Virus record (IMG/VR): IMGVR_UViG_3300030108_003689
Coordinates: 1-64,000 of that record
DNA from: a virus
Strand: one strand, 5' to 3'
DNA: 64,000 bases
In this document: piece by piece, positions 44,417 through 53,730 of the stretch
Position numbering within the stretch: the first letter of the stretch is position 1
How the letters are laid out: the number at the start of each line of letters is the position of its first letter
Position numbers and translations under genes: made by a program
Notes under the pieces: generated by a model
What the model was told of the DNA's origin: nothing
Databases searched by the model: none
Seen by the model: the letters and a program-made list of their open reading frames with translations, nothing else

Positions 44417-45480
44417 TATCCCTTCCTATACTGAACAACTAAATTTGCAGCACCAATCCAACACTCTATACCTAAAATAATTGTGTAAGTTGTCTCGCCA
44501 CTGTTTTGCATGTCCAGATTGAAGTATTCCGCTGTAGCATCATCAACAGTAAAAGTTTCCTGTTTTAACTCTGGCAGCACGGATAGAGTATCCTCAGAAG
44601 ATACAAACGATTTGGGGAAGTACCCGCCTTTTTTAGATACCTCTCCGGTTTCGGCTCGAACACCTTGAGATGTTCCCCATAAGTTTTCTACGTTCGCTAC
44701 GGCGACTTCACTCTTGATAACGTTACGACCTGCTCGAACGGGAATCACGCCGCAGGTATAGCAACCATTGCGGTCCTTTCCGTTATATTGCCAACCAGTT
44801 TCACATATTTCCGCACCGTTCAAAGTGACTCGATATTTGATTCCAAACCTATCAACTGGTTGCAAGATATATTTACCCTGAGGGAAATCCCTATTGAAGA
44901 GCGATACATCATCACCAGAATCCATATGCGTGATTATTTTCGATGCTTCGAGACCTCTTGATTCGCCATCACGGCAAGTAAGGCCAATCCATCCACCAAC
45001 TGGTAAGCTGCTGTTGTGCATGGCTAAACGATCGTAATGTTGCACTGGCCAGTGTCTTTTAATGAGCAGCTTTCTTTCTGCCTCACTTAAGCTTAATAGT
45101 CCCGTTCCTTTCCACATATGGGATGCGTTGAAATCAATGATTACCCAACCATCACGCTCGGCTACAAATTCAACAGAGGGCATTTCCTTGCCTTCTGTAC
45201 CAACAGACGTGTACCCGGTAGTATTCCTTGATGGAATCAAAGCGGCCTTTCCGCTGGCCCAATCACCAGTGGCGAAAATACTAGATTCAAAAACCTCGCA
45301 GAAAGTTTCATTTTTGAACTGATGTGGTTTAAGTTTTTGACTCGAATCATTAATTTTCAAGTTTTCCCTTGATAAATTACCATTCAACTCGTCTGTAAAT
45401 TGTTTGAAGTTTTCATTTAAATCATCAGGCTCAACTATTTCGCCATTGCTGGGCCGTATTTTAGGAAATCTATACCCCAT
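44416..45480 (-). CDS. tail protein (paralog family B)
   Basis: N-terminal GEIVEPDDLNENF...LNGNLSRENL. Confidence 0.6.
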   Translation of the reverse strand: MGYRFPKIRPSNGEIVEPDDLNENFKQFTDELNGNLSRENLKINDSSQKLKPHQFKNETFCEVFESSIFATGDWASGKAALIPSRNTTGYTSVGTEGKEMPSVEFVAERDGWVIIDFNASHMWKGTGLLSLSEAERKLLIKRHWPVQHYDRLAMHNSSLPVGGWIGLTCRDGESRGLEASKIITHMDSGDDVSLFNRDFPQGKYILQPVDRFGIKYRVTLNGAEICETGWQYNGKDRNGCYTCGVIPVRAGRNVIKSEVAVANVENLWGTSQGVRAETGEVSKKGGYFPKSFVSSEDTLSVLPELKQETFTVDDATAEYFNLDMQNSGETTYTIILGIECWIGAANLVVQYRKG

Positions 45481-45481
45481 G

Positions 45482-47734
45482 CTATCTCCTATCTGATCCT
45501 AAAACATCGGTTAAAGCTCTTATGTTTCTTTGCTCTCCGAGCTTGGCATCAACAGAGTACCCAACAAGCATAATCCTGCTCAAATCTTCCGATGCATCTT
45601 GAGTTACCCGAACAGCAAATTCAGTTACCAACGTTTTATTTATGTGGGAAATATCAAAACGAATAACTATCGGTCTATGATATCCAAACCTATCACTACC
45701 AAAAGATGATTTGCCGTAGACATCTAGCTTTTCTTCAGAGTCGATATGCTGCTGAATCATCGATTTATCAGACTCTAACGCAAGCTCCTGATTTCTATTT
45801 ATCTTAAAGTTGAGCTTTACAGGAATATCTCCGTATGCAACAGCATAAAGATTAACGTAAGCAATCCTGGCAGACCCATATGTTCCATTTAGTTTTATTG
45901 GTACAGTTTCATAGACGGGATTATCCAAAAAAGACTTTCGTGTAATAAATTTATCTACTGGGCCGTCTGAATTACCAGCAGTAGATCCTTCTTTATTTTT
46001 ATGTCTAAAGTAATGTCCATAAACAAAAATACCTGGAACCTCACCATCAGAACTACCAAAAATAACATCTGATGATGGGCCTCTCGTTTCTATTGCACAA
46101 CCGATTGGATAGTTGTTTCTCAGGCTCCAAGCGCCAACCTCATAATGCCATACCAACAATAAATTATTTTTTTCTCCAATTGTAGGAACGCAAAGCCAGT
46201 ACTCCTTGTCTTGTCGATTCAGGCATCCAACAGAACCAAATGAGGAACTCACACACACTCGATCCATTGTTTCTTTAATTGGTGTGCTCAGATCAATAAT
46301 AGATGTTGGTGAGTTCGAGTCTTCGAGAAACCCTTTAAGAGCAAAGATACCATTGTGAGACAAGAACACGAGGCCGGTGAATGGCACATCCTTGATCGAG
46401 TTTGGTGCAATGCACCCGATATCACGAGATATTGTTTGATAGGTGAAAGACCCGTCCGGGTTCGATTTTACCAAGTAGGTTCCGTATTCTTTGAACACAA
46501 CCAAGGAGTTTGTGCTCGCATACATCCCGGTGATCTTTCCAGCATCCGAGTCACCCAAGTCAATGACATTCCTTTTGGGGAACACCTCAGGCATTCCGCT
46601 CGCACTGAATCGCAATAAATTATCAGGACCGCCAGTTAGGAATACACAGTTCTTGAACGATGCAATGAACTTAGCTTGCATCGGATATTTCCCGAATTCG
46701 AAATCATCAACCATGAAACCTAAGCTTGCATCGGGCAAACCGTCCTCAAACATGGTTGTTTCATTGTCTTTGATTTCTCGCACGAAGTAGAAATTTCTAC
46801 CAACCTGTGCTCCAATCGAGTTTCCGAAATCATCTAATTGATCATGTGTTCGATACAGTCTTCTTGCGACAGTGGAATCATCGCCAACAGGCAACTGTAT
46901 TTGAACGAATCGCTTCTTACCATCGGCGCACTCAAAAATACACATGTCGCTGGGTTCGGACATTTCACTTTCTTGTCCACGGCTATTTACATATGTGACT
47001 CTATACTGGTATCCGGCAAGTTTTCCATCGATGAAATCCTTGGAACCGTTCTTGGATTTAGCGCCTTTCGGCTTCAAACTACCCAATCCCCAACTTTTGA
47101 GTCGAGTCCCTAAAAAGTAGTCGGTGTCGGCACCGCCAGCAGAAATGTGCTCGTTGTGATATGACCTCACAACTACATTTGCTTTCGGTTGTCCGGGCTT
47201 TTCATAAAATCCGGCGCGATCTACTGTGTTTCCATCATATACGATTGGCTCGTCGACACCATTTACCAGATACAATCGACCACCGAACGTGCATGATTGT
47301 GTTCCAATGTCGTTGTTACGGGGGATGTATCTCTTTCTACCGCTAGACAAACCATTATATTCAACGTTTTGCAAATCACGCAAGAAACGAAAAGGCTCCT
47401 CCCTTGTAAGACCAGCTTTTCTTTTACCTATATCTAATACACAAAGTCTGCCGTAATTGTCTTCAAATATAATTTCGTTATAATTAGATCGTTTAGAATA
47501 AAAGTGTATTGACGTTATGCTTGTTCCACTTGGATCGGATAAATATCCTAAACTTTCATCTATATAGTTCCAATTGTATAGATCACGAGTGATGCATTCG
47601 TAACCCCCAGCAGCTTTCCAACCGTCGTACGTATCCCAGGTCATTTCCTCGATAATCGCGGCGTTTTCCGGTCGAGTGTAATAACGCTGATCAATGCCTC
47701 TCAGGCGCTCTACGATAAGACGTTGTGTGTTCAT
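45482..47734 (-). CDS. tail nozzle / DNA-stabilisation protein (P22 gp10 / T7 gp12-like)
   Basis: Beta-propeller-type motifs RLYLVNG, LRFS...PEVF, LVVFKE, IGCIAPNS; follows the adaptor gene. Confidence 0.7.
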   Translation of the reverse strand: MNTQRLIVERLRGIDQRYYTRPENAAIIEEMTWDTYDGWKAAGGYECITRDLYNWNYIDESLGYLSDPSGTSITSIHFYSKRSNYNEIIFEDNYGRLCVLDIGKRKAGLTREEPFRFLRDLQNVEYNGLSSGRKRYIPRNNDIGTQSCTFGGRLYLVNGVDEPIVYDGNTVDRAGFYEKPGQPKANVVVRSYHNEHISAGGADTDYFLGTRLKSWGLGSLKPKGAKSKNGSKDFIDGKLAGYQYRVTYVNSRGQESEMSEPSDMCIFECADGKKRFVQIQLPVGDDSTVARRLYRTHDQLDDFGNSIGAQVGRNFYFVREIKDNETTMFEDGLPDASLGFMVDDFEFGKYPMQAKFIASFKNCVFLTGGPDNLLRFSASGMPEVFPKRNVIDLGDSDAGKITGMYASTNSLVVFKEYGTYLVKSNPDGSFTYQTISRDIGCIAPNSIKDVPFTGLVFLSHNGIFALKGFLEDSNSPTSIIDLSTPIKETMDRVCVSSSFGSVGCLNRQDKEYWLCVPTIGEKNNLLLVWHYEVGAWSLRNNYPIGCAIETRGPSSDVIFGSSDGEVPGIFVYGHYFRHKNKEGSTAGNSDGPVDKFITRKSFLDNPVYETVPIKLNGTYGSARIAYVNLYAVAYGDIPVKLNFKINRNQELALESDKSMIQQHIDSEEKLDVYGKSSFGSDRFGYHRPIVIRFDISHINKTLVTEFAVRVTQDASEDLSRIMLVGYSVDAKLGEQRNIRALTDVLGSDRR

Positions 47735-49245
47735 GACTTACTCGGTATGCCCCATCGTTCACGATCTGCCATAGCCCTATCGAATCCACGACGAACATAC
47801 ATTCGATCAGTCCTGCTGAGGTATTTAGATTTCATTCGCTCCATCAATTGATTTGCACGGCCATCGTAAAGTTCGCTGTGTTGGAGCATCCCGTGTTGCA
47901 TACAGATGTCTCTGAGTGACGCATAAACCAAGTAGTGATGGTACTGAACAGGCCATTCAGGGGCATCGTTATCGTTCACCAGCCGAAGTGGTCTCCGGTG
48001 ATAACGAACTTCAACTTTGTAGTCGGAGTTAGGCGTATACCAAAACCTAAGGTACTGACGAGGACCAATGTCATTAAGCCTGTCCAAATCAAATGGTGTA
48101 CCAGAAGGGTCTGCGGAGATGAATGGTTCGCCTGGAGCGACTACAACGGTATTAGTTGTAAGCTCATCACAGTCATCGGTAAACTCCGTTATGTCCTCAG
48201 CAACAGTGGCTATATGACGCCACGGACCCATTCCACCTCTGAGTGCGATGTCTTTAACCAAGCCCACACCTTCGAAACGTTTACTCTCTGGTTTCACTGA
48301 AACTCTGCGGTAAATTTTCTTTACCATCCCAGTAATCCCGCTTTTACCCTCAGCCACCAACCTGTGGGCTCTGGTGTCCATTAACTTTGAAATTACAAAT
48401 GCTAGAGTGTGATGAGTCGACGAGGCTGAGGCTGTCACTTCGCTTATCGGAGACGGCGGGCTTTCCATTCCAGCGTACTGAAAGGTGTAGCAATACTCAT
48501 ATGTCGCGCCCCTAATCGGGTGAGCAACCGTATCTGTTGGACTAGCGGAAGAAATAACCGGCTCAAGAACAGGAGCAAAGTCAGGCGGCTGAAGGTTCGC
48601 GTGCATCTCCTCAATGCTAACGAACGGGTCGCCAGTATCCTCACGATCAAGGTACAGATACTCCTCTTTCCGTGCATCAAGGAAAATAAACCGGCCACGA
48701 TCTGGGCCAGTTGTTGTTTTTGTCGTTGTCTCTCCCGGCTGACTTTGATCAGTCGGATGATCGAACGTAATGATTTCGGTATGAGGAAATCCACGATCCA
48801 TAATCCCAAGCACCTCAACAGTGTCTCGAGGCATGGGGTACTTTAAATATTTAATTGTCCAAGTTGGATTCGATGCCGCAGCGATGGGCTTATCAACAAC
48901 GAAGGTCCTGGCGTCATGCCGAGCAGTAATTTTGTATTCTTCGTTATTCAAAAAGAACGTTTGTCCAACAATATCCTCGGGCAAATTAACGACGCCAGTG
49001 CCAATCGTTGTGGGCAAGCTGACAATACGACTTCCGTCTGTTGTTGCTCTGTCTTCATTTCCAGCAACGATATCAGCCCTCAGCATCAGGTACTTTCGTT
49101 CCTGCATAAAGAGCCATTGATACTGGCTTGAAACCTGCAAGTAGTGACGATTGATGACCCTCGAAATGCTATCGTCGTACTGCTTGATGTCAGGATTGTA
49201 GTCCAATGCAGAGTTGATTTCTTGTCTGATTTCCTTGAGGTTCAC
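47731..49245 (-). CDS. head-tail adaptor (tubular protein A-like) with inserted domains
   Basis: LKEIRQEI..INR..QWLF and LVNDNDAPEWPVQYHHYLVY; GTG start at 49245 has a GGAG SD. Confidence 0.7.
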   Translation of the reverse strand: MNLKEIRQEINSALDYNPDIKQYDDSISRVINRHYLQVSSQYQWLFMQERKYLMLRADIVAGNEDRATTDGSRIVSLPTTIGTGVVNLPEDIVGQTFFLNNEEYKITARHDARTFVVDKPIAAASNPTWTIKYLKYPMPRDTVEVLGIMDRGFPHTEIITFDHPTDQSQPGETTTKTTTGPDRGRFIFLDARKEEYLYLDREDTGDPFVSIEEMHANLQPPDFAPVLEPVISSASPTDTVAHPIRGATYEYCYTFQYAGMESPPSPISEVTASASSTHHTLAFVISKLMDTRAHRLVAEGKSGITGMVKKIYRRVSVKPESKRFEGVGLVKDIALRGGMGPWRHIATVAEDITEFTDDCDELTTNTVVVAPGEPFISADPSGTPFDLDRLNDIGPRQYLRFWYTPNSDYKVEVRYHRRPLRLVNDNDAPEWPVQYHHYLVYASLRDICMQHGMLQHSELYDGRANQLMERMKSKYLSRTDRMYVRRGFDRAMADRERWGIPSKS

Positions 49246-49255
49246 CTTGGACTCC

Positions 49256-49297
49256 AAAAATGAAAACGGCTGCTGAAGTAGTATACCCCAGCAGCCG
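49256..49297 (-). terminator. intrinsic terminator after the decoration genes
   Basis: CGGCTGCTG/CAGCAGCCG stem followed by TTTTCATTTTT on the - strand. Confidence 0.65.
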
Positions 49298-49329
49298 AAA
49301 ATGGACCGAGGTCCGGTAGCGAATATGGC

Positions 49330-49824
49330 TTAGAAGTAGCCTTGATCAACAATCAGGACATCAGCTTTATTTGTGGTTCCAGATGCTGGCTCTGTACCAG
49401 AGGCCGAAGCTTCACTCTCTAAAGCTACTGCAATGATATTACGCTCAAGTGCGTCTGCGTTACTCGAACTATCAAGCTGAGTTGCGTCTTGTGCCATACC
49501 TGGAGAAGCGCTCATTACCAAGTTCTGACCGGAAACAACAGTTGTTGCTACCGATGCATTTTCATACTTTCCGGCAGTCTGAATGACACAATACTTTCCA
49601 GCAGCAACTGTCTCTGTAGCAACACCGATGCAAAGCCCTTCATGAATATTCGCGTTGTAGCCTGATTGAGACTTACGAACAGAAGCGCCAAGACCATTGG
49701 TGGTGTCCAACGGATCGATCATCACGAAATCGCCTGCAGCAAGGAGCCCAGAGGCATAAAGAGTGACATACTTTTTTGGAAAGTGATCAACGCCATCGAC
49801 GCCTTCGATCTTATGAACTGACAT
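49330..49824 (-). CDS. capsid decoration/cement protein, copy 2
   Basis: GDFV..CIGVA..TVAAG..IQTAG pattern; paralog of the adjacent gene. Confidence 0.7.
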   Translation of the reverse strand: MSVHKIEGVDGVDHFPKKYVTLYASGLLAAGDFVMIDPLDTTNGLGASVRKSQSGYNANIHEGLCIGVATETVAAGKYCVIQTAGKYENASVATTVVSGQNLVMSASPGMAQDATQLDSSSNADALERNIIAVALESEASASGTEPASGTTNKADVLIVDQGYF

Positions 49825-49852
49825 ATTATCCTCCTCCTTTTGACCTTACGGC

Positions 49853-50350
49853 CTAAAAGTAGCCTTGGTTTTTGATCAGAACATCAACCTTGTTTGTAAG
49901 GCCAGATGCTGGCTCTGTACCAGTGGCCGAACCTTCACTTTCAAGCGCAACAGCAATAATGTTACGCTCAAGTGCGTCTGCATTGGTCTGACAAGCAAGC
50001 TGAGTTGCGTCTTGTGCTCGACCAGCAGTACCGCTCATCACTAGATTTTGACCGCAAACAACAGTTGTAGCAACGTTTGCGTTTTCGTATTTTCCAGCGA
50101 TCTGAACTCTGATTTCTCCAGTAGCAGTAGTTGTTGCAACCGCAACACCAATACACAGACCTTCATGAATATTCGCGTTGTAGCCTGATTCTGCTTGTCG
50201 AACTGATCCACCCAAACCATTGGTAGTGTCCAACGGATCGATCATCACGAAATCGCCTGCAGTGATTGAAGTGTCTGCTGTGTACAGTGTCACAAACTTC
50301 TTCGGAAAATTATCGACGCCATCGACGCCGTCTACCTTATGAATTGCCAT
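49853..50350 (-). CDS. capsid decoration/cement protein, copy 1
   Basis: Directly downstream of the major capsid gene; strong GGAGG SD. Confidence 0.7.
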   Translation of the reverse strand: MAIHKVDGVDGVDNFPKKFVTLYTADTSITAGDFVMIDPLDTTNGLGGSVRQAESGYNANIHEGLCIGVAVATTTATGEIRVQIAGKYENANVATTVVCGQNLVMSGTAGRAQDATQLACQTNADALERNIIAVALESEGSATGTEPASGLTNKVDVLIKNQGYF

Positions 50351-50380
50351 GATATCCTCCCTCTTTTGATTCTATGGCTA

Positions 50381-50415
50381 TGAAATAGGGTGGGGATCAC
50401 CGCGACCCCCACCCA
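50381..50415 (-). terminator. hairpin/terminator after the major capsid gene
   Basis: GGGTGGGG/CCCCACCC stem with a weak T tail. Confidence 0.5.
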
Positions 50416-50426
50416 ATCAGTGTGAC

Positions 50427-51482
50427 CTAGAAGGTGTCCAGGTCGAATGCAACACCGCTTGAACCAAGGTGCTTGGCGATCAACTGACCACGGCACCGGA
50501 GCTTAGCAGCGCGAACATCGTACTCACCCGACACAGTCTCGAAGTCCGAGAGGTCGAAGTAACCTTGTGGATCCCACAGGCAGTAGATGTCGTTCATGTT
50601 CAAGAAGTAGAAGCTGATTGGATCGTCAGCGGAACCGCCAGCCTTGTCGTTGGGCATGTTGTACTCAACGTTGATTGGCACACCGTCGAACATCTCAACC
50701 ATGCGACCGCCATCGATCTTAGCTTGATCGACATAGCGCTCGTGAGCTTGAAGAGCACGCTTAAGGTTCTTGAATCCAGCGCGGGATGCAAGGATCACGT
50801 TGGGAGCGCCAGAAGGCGACACAGCGTTGATCTCAACCTTGAGGTCATAAAGACCAGCGAGGCCGTTCGAGTTGAAAGATCCAGCACCATCGAAGACTTG
50901 GTTCTGCCAACCAGTCTTCGTAGTGTAGGTTCCCTTGTCGATTGTACCGACAACGTTGGTTTGAGAACCTACAGCGAGGGTCTCAAGGAAACCGTGGTGG
51001 TCGCCTGATGTGACATCAAGACCATTCAGGGTGTTCCAGTCTTCCCAACCAGCTTGCTCGCCGTTGACGATCTGCTTGACAAACTCACGCTTGAGAGCGT
51101 TTGCAGTCATGGTGACACGGCTCTCAAGAATGGAGAGAACAGCAGCATCACCTTGGTTGACCATCTCTTCCTCAGAGGAGATAGCGACGGGACGGACAAC
51201 GTGTCCCCAGTCGTACTGAGCAGGGACGAACACGTCTTCGACGCTCAGGTCGATGCGCTCGAAACCAGTCTGCATACGAGTGGTTGAAGAGTGCTCACCG
51301 AAGCCAAGAGGGACAACGATACGAGAACCACCAGATTGAACTGGCTTGCCTGCGCCGTGAACACGTTCTTGTGCATCAAGAAATGCGACTGACTCGTGAA
51401 CGTTGTCACGAAAGTCCTTCATCAGGATGTGCATGGTTGTGGAAAGCAGTTCGTTTCCAATGGTAAGTGTAGAGGTTGCCAT
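50427..51482 (-). CDS. major capsid protein
   Basis: 351 aa; SGGSRIVVPL, AQYDW, AISSEE...NQG..AV..IL, FDGVPI, FYFLN; follows the scaffold gene. Confidence 0.85.
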   Translation of the reverse strand: MATSTLTIGNELLSTTMHILMKDFRDNVHESVAFLDAQERVHGAGKPVQSGGSRIVVPLGFGEHSSTTRMQTGFERIDLSVEDVFVPAQYDWGHVVRPVAISSEEEMVNQGDAAVLSILESRVTMTANALKREFVKQIVNGEQAGWEDWNTLNGLDVTSGDHHGFLETLAVGSQTNVVGTIDKGTYTTKTGWQNQVFDGAGSFNSNGLAGLYDLKVEINAVSPSGAPNVILASRAGFKNLKRALQAHERYVDQAKIDGGRMVEMFDGVPINVEYNMPNDKAGGSADDPISFYFLNMNDIYCLWDPQGYFDLSDFETVSGEYDVRAAKLRCRGQLIAKHLGSSGVAFDLDTF

Positions 51483-51494
51483 TTTTGGCTCCTA

Positions 51495-52451
51495 TTAGCG
51501 GTTGTTAGAAAAGGCTTTTGCAGCTTCGGGGTTGGACTGTAGCCAAGCAGCAATTGAAGCTGCACCTTGCTTCTTGACCTCAGGGGGAATCTCAGCGGTC
51601 CCAGGAGAACCACTTACAGAACTTCTTTGTACTCGACGAGCAGCATCTGCACGGGCACGACGCTCTTTCTCTGTGCGAGCACGTTGCTCAGACATAATCT
51701 TACGAGCCTTCACGACCTCGTAAGCATCTTGAGTGCTGAGCGGGGCATCAGTGCCTTTTCGCTCCGTAACCAGCGATGCAACTTCTCTTTTGAACGCTGG
51801 ATCCTTCATTTCAGGATGAGCGTCTAAGAAGTCATAAAACGCGCTTTGTTGTCGGCGCTGTGCAGAAGCTTCCTGCATGGGCGAGAAAACATTCGCTACA
51901 GCTTCTGCAACCCTGCGATTGATATGAGCGTTGATACCTTCCTCAGACATGATGTCTGGAAGCTCTTCATCGCTAACCTTGAGACTTTCCTTAATGCTTG
52001 GATCATCAATCAAAGAAGCAAACTCAGCTTGTCGTCGAGCAAAGTCACGCTCTAGATGCTGGATCTGTTGCTCCCGCTGCTTGTATTCATTGAGCCGCTT
52101 TTCATACGACTGATCCAATGCAGACTGCTTCTGCTTATAAGCAACCCGGAAGTTGTGAAGCATGCGACGAGCAACTGTTGGAAGCTCCTTAATGTCATGC
52201 TCAGAGATGCCCTCATAAAAAGCATCCGTCTTCAACTCCTCATCATCAATGTCAGAAAATAAAGGATCAAACGACCTTTCGTTTACAGACCCGACACTGT
52301 TTGATGGTGCATCGGAGCTACTGAAGCTCGCCGGCTCCTCTGCACTTACTTCGGGCTCCTCTGCAACAGGGCTACTTTCCTGTCCGTCTAAAAGCCCGGT
52401 AGATCCAGCACTTTGCTCAAGATCTACCTCATTTTCAATTTCGTCACTCAC
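51495..52451 (-). CDS. capsid scaffolding protein
   Basis: Acidic N-terminus, coiled coil, FLDAHPE..DAYE motif; precedes the capsid gene. Confidence 0.7.
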   Translation of the reverse strand: MSDEIENEVDLEQSAGSTGLLDGQESSPVAEEPEVSAEEPASFSSSDAPSNSVGSVNERSFDPLFSDIDDEELKTDAFYEGISEHDIKELPTVARRMLHNFRVAYKQKQSALDQSYEKRLNEYKQREQQIQHLERDFARRQAEFASLIDDPSIKESLKVSDEELPDIMSEEGINAHINRRVAEAVANVFSPMQEASAQRRQQSAFYDFLDAHPEMKDPAFKREVASLVTERKGTDAPLSTQDAYEVVKARKIMSEQRARTEKERRARADAARRVQRSSVSGSPGTAEIPPEVKKQGAASIAAWLQSNPEAAKAFSNNR

Positions 52452-52515
52452 AAAAATCTCCTTTAGCGGTAAAAATCTACCATCATATAATCTAAATGTT
52501 CAATCATTTTTAAGT

Positions 52516-53124
52516 TTAAGCCATCGCCGAAGCAAGCTCTTGGTCATCTTCATTCATTTCAGTAGGTGCTGGAGCCATAGGTTCTTCTGCACCAGCGGTA
52601 TCGGCTGGCCCTTCATCACCAGCCATTTCTTGGCCTTCGGTCATTTCTTTGACCGATTCAATCAACTTTTTATCTTTACTAATACGCTTTAGCTGTGCGG
52701 TCATCTTTCGCAAGTCGGTATCAGTAACTGCAGTAAATGGATCAAACTCATACTTGTCTGCGAACTCTCCGCCACCGACCATTTGAATAAGCTGAACAAT
52801 CGCAAGCAATGTAATGAAAAGCTCTGCTGGGAGAGGAGAGTCAAACTTGCCTCCCTTCGCATCTCCAGCATCAAAAGTAATCTCTGGGATTTCCTCGTCT
52901 GAAAGCGATGAAATCGTATCGTTGACTTGCTTTACGAGAGTGTTGATGGCCTTTACCGTGTATGGCTTTTCGGGCTGCGGTGCCGATTGCGCCATCTGCT
53001 GGTATTGCATTTCCATATCATCAGCAGGAGGAGCTTCGCCGGGTGCCTGATCAGCGCCCATGGGTGGCTGCTGTGCGGCTTCTTCTGACTCTGGCTGACC
53101 GTATTCTTTTTTCATCCCGTACAT
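52516..53124 (-). CDS. acidic hypothetical head-module protein
   Basis: Between portal and scaffold. Confidence 0.65.
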   Translation of the reverse strand: MYGMKKEYGQPESEEAAQQPPMGADQAPGEAPPADDMEMQYQQMAQSAPQPEKPYTVKAINTLVKQVNDTISSLSDEEIPEITFDAGDAKGGKFDSPLPAELFITLLAIVQLIQMVGGGEFADKYEFDPFTAVTDTDLRKMTAQLKRISKDKKLIESVKEMTEGQEMAGDEGPADTAGAEEPMAPAPTEMNEDDQELASAMA

Positions 53125-53133
53125 GGTTTTTCC

Positions 53134-53730
53134 CTAAATTTGGTTTTTGTCTCTTGATTCTCTGAATTGCCTAAAGGCTGGATGATTATCAAGCCTATCA
53201 CAATAGTCGTCGTACTCTCGTGTTTCTTTTTCTGCTCTCTGGTCCCACTTACTATATTCTTTTTCGATATCCCAGTCACCATCGACTGGAGTAAGTCCCC
53301 GCTCTTTGCAAATATCTAATCGATGTTGCTTGCTTTGAAGCATAACACCTAAACCTCGATCATAATAAGGGAACCTTTCACTAAATCTATCAATACGAGC
53401 CATCGGAACCCATTTAGAGTTCATCGATGAACACTTTGGACACTTTTGTTTATCTTCAAAATGTTGCCCTAATGAAAAATCAATAAGCTCGTCAAACTGA
53501 TGATCGCAGTCCTTACACATATAAAGGTGCATAACCAAGCCGCTAGTCTTCTTAGACTTGGGTGCAGTTTGGTTGTAGGGGTCATTAGATTGGGCAACCG
53601 AAACCCTGAACACCCTTTTGGAGCTTGATCCACACTCTTCGCATTCTAACGAGTCAGGTCGAGCAGAGAACCTACATGTGTGGTCTTGCTCATGTTCACA
53701 TTCATCACACTTATAACTATACGTTGGCAC
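53134..53730 (-). CDS. tandem FmdB-like double zinc-ribbon protein
   Basis: MPTYSYKCDEC..CEECG and YMCKDCDH..CPKCSS. Confidence 0.75.
   Translation of the reverse strand: MPTYSYKCDECEHEQDHTCRFSARPDSLECEECGSSSKRVFRVSVAQSNDPYNQTAPKSKKTSGLVMHLYMCKDCDHQFDELIDFSLGQHFEDKQKCPKCSSMNSKWVPMARIDRFSERFPYYDRGLGVMLQSKQHRLDICKERGLTPVDGDWDIEKEYSKWDQRAEKETREYDDYCDRLDNHPAFRQFRESRDKNQI

Noticed and set aside
49330-50350. Duplicated genes as a DGR template/variable repeat pair
   Set aside because: Differences are not adenine-specific, both copies are full genes, and no reverse transcriptase is present in the window
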